In this document: positions 37,338 through 38,623 of the stretch, in pieces | Numbering within the stretch: position 1 is the stretch's first letter | Layout: every line of letters begins with the position of its first letter | From: an uncultured Atopostipes sp. | GTDB taxonomy: Bacteria; Bacillota; Bacilli; Lactobacillales; Carnobacteriaceae_A | Direction of reading: 5' to 3' | DNA length: 38,623 bases | NCBI GenBank assembly: GCA_947296835.1 | Contig: CAMYQS010000001.1 | Location: forward strand, 1 to 38,623 | Notes under the pieces: model-generated | What the model was told of the DNA's origin: nothing | Databases searched by the model: none | The model's input: only the letters and a program-made list of their open reading frames with translations | Position numbers and translations under genes: made by a program

Positions 37338-38081
37338 ATGCTTGGATTATGTTCAGTTACATTTCGAGATAAAACGGTTGATGAAGTCATTGCACTTGCT
37401 AAAGAAGCTGACTTAGATGCCATTGAATGGGGTGGCGATATTCATGTCCCTGAAACCGACCTAGAAAATGCAAAAGAAGTCGCTGCTAAGATGAAAACGG
37501 CTGGTTTACAATCCAGTTCTTACGGCACGTACTATAAACTCGGTACATTCAAGGATTTCACACCTTTTCTAGACGTGGCTAATATTCTAGGTGTTTCAAC
37601 GATACGTGTGTGGGCTGGCGAAAAAGGGTCTGCAGAGGCAAGTGCAGAAACCCGCCAACTAGTTATGCAAGATGCCCAACGCATTAGTGAACTAGCCGCT
37701 AAAGCAAACTTTACAATCAGTTTAGAGTACCATTCGGATACACTCACGGATACGCCTGAGAGCGCGCTAGATTTAATGCGTGAAATGAATAACCCAAACG
37801 TATTCCTTTACTGGCAACCGGCTGAAGTATTAAGTGTTGCCGAACGGATTGAGAGTCTACCCAAATTGGCACCTTACATTACCAACGTGCACGTCTTTAA
37901 CTGGGAACACTTTTACAATCGATTTCCACTAGCGGATGCTGCGGATGAATGGAAACAGTATATTGACTTGATTCGTAAATACTCACCAAATGAGCAAACC
38001 TTTTTGTTAGAGTTTGCACCTGGTGACAATCCGGTAGAAGGATTTTTAGAAAGTGCCAAAACGCTGAATACATTCGTATAG
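37338..38081 (+). CDS. Sugar phosphate isomerase/epimerase (xylose isomerase-like TIM barrel)
   Basis: GLCSVTFR, IEWGGDIHVP, IRVWAG, LEYHSDTLTD, YWQP, NVHVF. Confidence 0.85.
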   Translation: MLGLCSVTFRDKTVDEVIALAKEADLDAIEWGGDIHVPETDLENAKEVAAKMKTAGLQSSSYGTYYKLGTFKDFTPFLDVANILGVSTIRVWAGEKGSAEASAETRQLVMQDAQRISELAAKANFTISLEYHSDTLTDTPESALDLMREMNNPNVFLYWQPAEVLSVAERIESLPKLAPYITNVHVFNWEHFYNRFPLADAADEWKQYIDLIRKYSPNEQTFLLEFAPGDNPVEGFLESAKTLNTFV

Positions 38082-38094
38082 ATTGAAGCAATTT

Positions 38095-38128
38095 AAAAAG
38101 TGCAGACCGTTAGCGGCCTGCACTTTTT
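38095..38128. terminator. Bidirectional terminator
   Basis: AAAAAGTGCAG.CCG-TTAG-CGG.CTGCACTTTTT between convergent genes. Confidence 0.85.
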
Positions 38129-38140
38129 CTCTTGGTTGTT

Positions 38141-38623
38141 TTACGATTCGGTTGCATCTTTTATATTGTCTTTATCATTTTCATCCACATAAACACCCTT
38201 TTCTTTCTCCAGCTCATCCATATAACCCGCCGTTAGTATACTCGTTGGCAAAGCTATGATTCCTACTCCGACTATATACGAAATAATCGATAAGATTTCA
38301 CCCATAGTTGATGTCGGATAATAGTCCGTGTAAGTTGCTGTGGACATTGATTCTGTCGCCCAAAGGATCGCTTGTAAAAATGATGGGAAAGTATCTGGTT
38401 CAATATTGAAGACTAATAAGGCTGCAATAAAGATATAAGTTGAAACGATAATTCCCACTATTGTTAATGAGTCTTTCTGCTTTTTAAGTGTTCGTTTCAG
38501 CACCCCAAAACTCTTGGAATTTTGGAATAAGCGAAAGGCACGGAATACACGCAGGGATCGGAATAAACGGAAAACTCGAAATAGTCTGAGTGATTGGTTA
38601 ATCAACCCTAGAAACGGTAGCAC
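38141..38623 (-). CDS. Voltage-gated ion channel family protein (6TM/1P), 5' part outside the window
   Basis: S4-like LRLFRVFRLFRSLRVFRAFRLF, S5, pore region EPDTFPSFLQAILWA..SMSTATYTDYYP, and S6 GIIALPTSILTAGY. Confidence 0.85.
   Translation of the reverse strand: MLPFLGLINQSLRLFRVFRLFRSLRVFRAFRLFQNSKSFGVLKRTLKKQKDSLTIVGIIVSTYIFIAALLVFNIEPDTFPSFLQAILWATESMSTATYTDYYPTSTMGEILSIISYIVGVGIIALPTSILTAGYMDELEKEKGVYVDENDKDNIKDATES

Noticed and set aside
14851..38091. Numerous 60-110 aa antisense ORFs inside the fad, eda, GntR, DUF456 and dehydrogenase genes
   Set aside because: They lie fully within well-supported genes, mostly on the opposite strand, with no RBS or recognisable motifs.

Overview
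Low-GC Firmicute chromosomal segment, most consistent with Lactobacillales (Carnobacteriaceae/Enterococcaceae-like; inferred from CroRS, Mga-family regulators and sortases, not verified). In order, it carries: a croR-croS two-component system whose kinase ends in a 48-bp inverted segment at the window edge; a class A-like sortase with an atypical SLMNC motif; an extended YidD; a DUF1659-DUF2922 pair; and xpt-pbuX with PurBoxes. A decayed surface-protein island follows (6.3-11.6 kb): an N-truncated isopeptide-domain LPAAG adhesin, a truncated class C sortase, and three Mga/AtxA-like regulator paralogs (one intact, two truncated), two of which have similar RBS-occluding leader hairpins. Next come a Gly/Ser-repeat membrane protein, a collapsed sugar ABC operon with yesL, an IS remnant, and a 9-gene Staphylococcus fad-like beta-oxidation cluster with cre sites. 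The right part holds GntR-eda-uxuA, a Gfo/Idh/MocA oxidoreductase, a YtrA-regulated ABC exporter operon, DUF456, YczE, a 2-hydroxyacid dehydrogenase plus TIM-barrel pair, and a partial voltage-gated channel with a non-canonical TATYTD filter. Three sequence-unrelated 40-41 bp intergenic tandem arrays share one architecture. No rRNA, tRNA or CRISPR array was seen.
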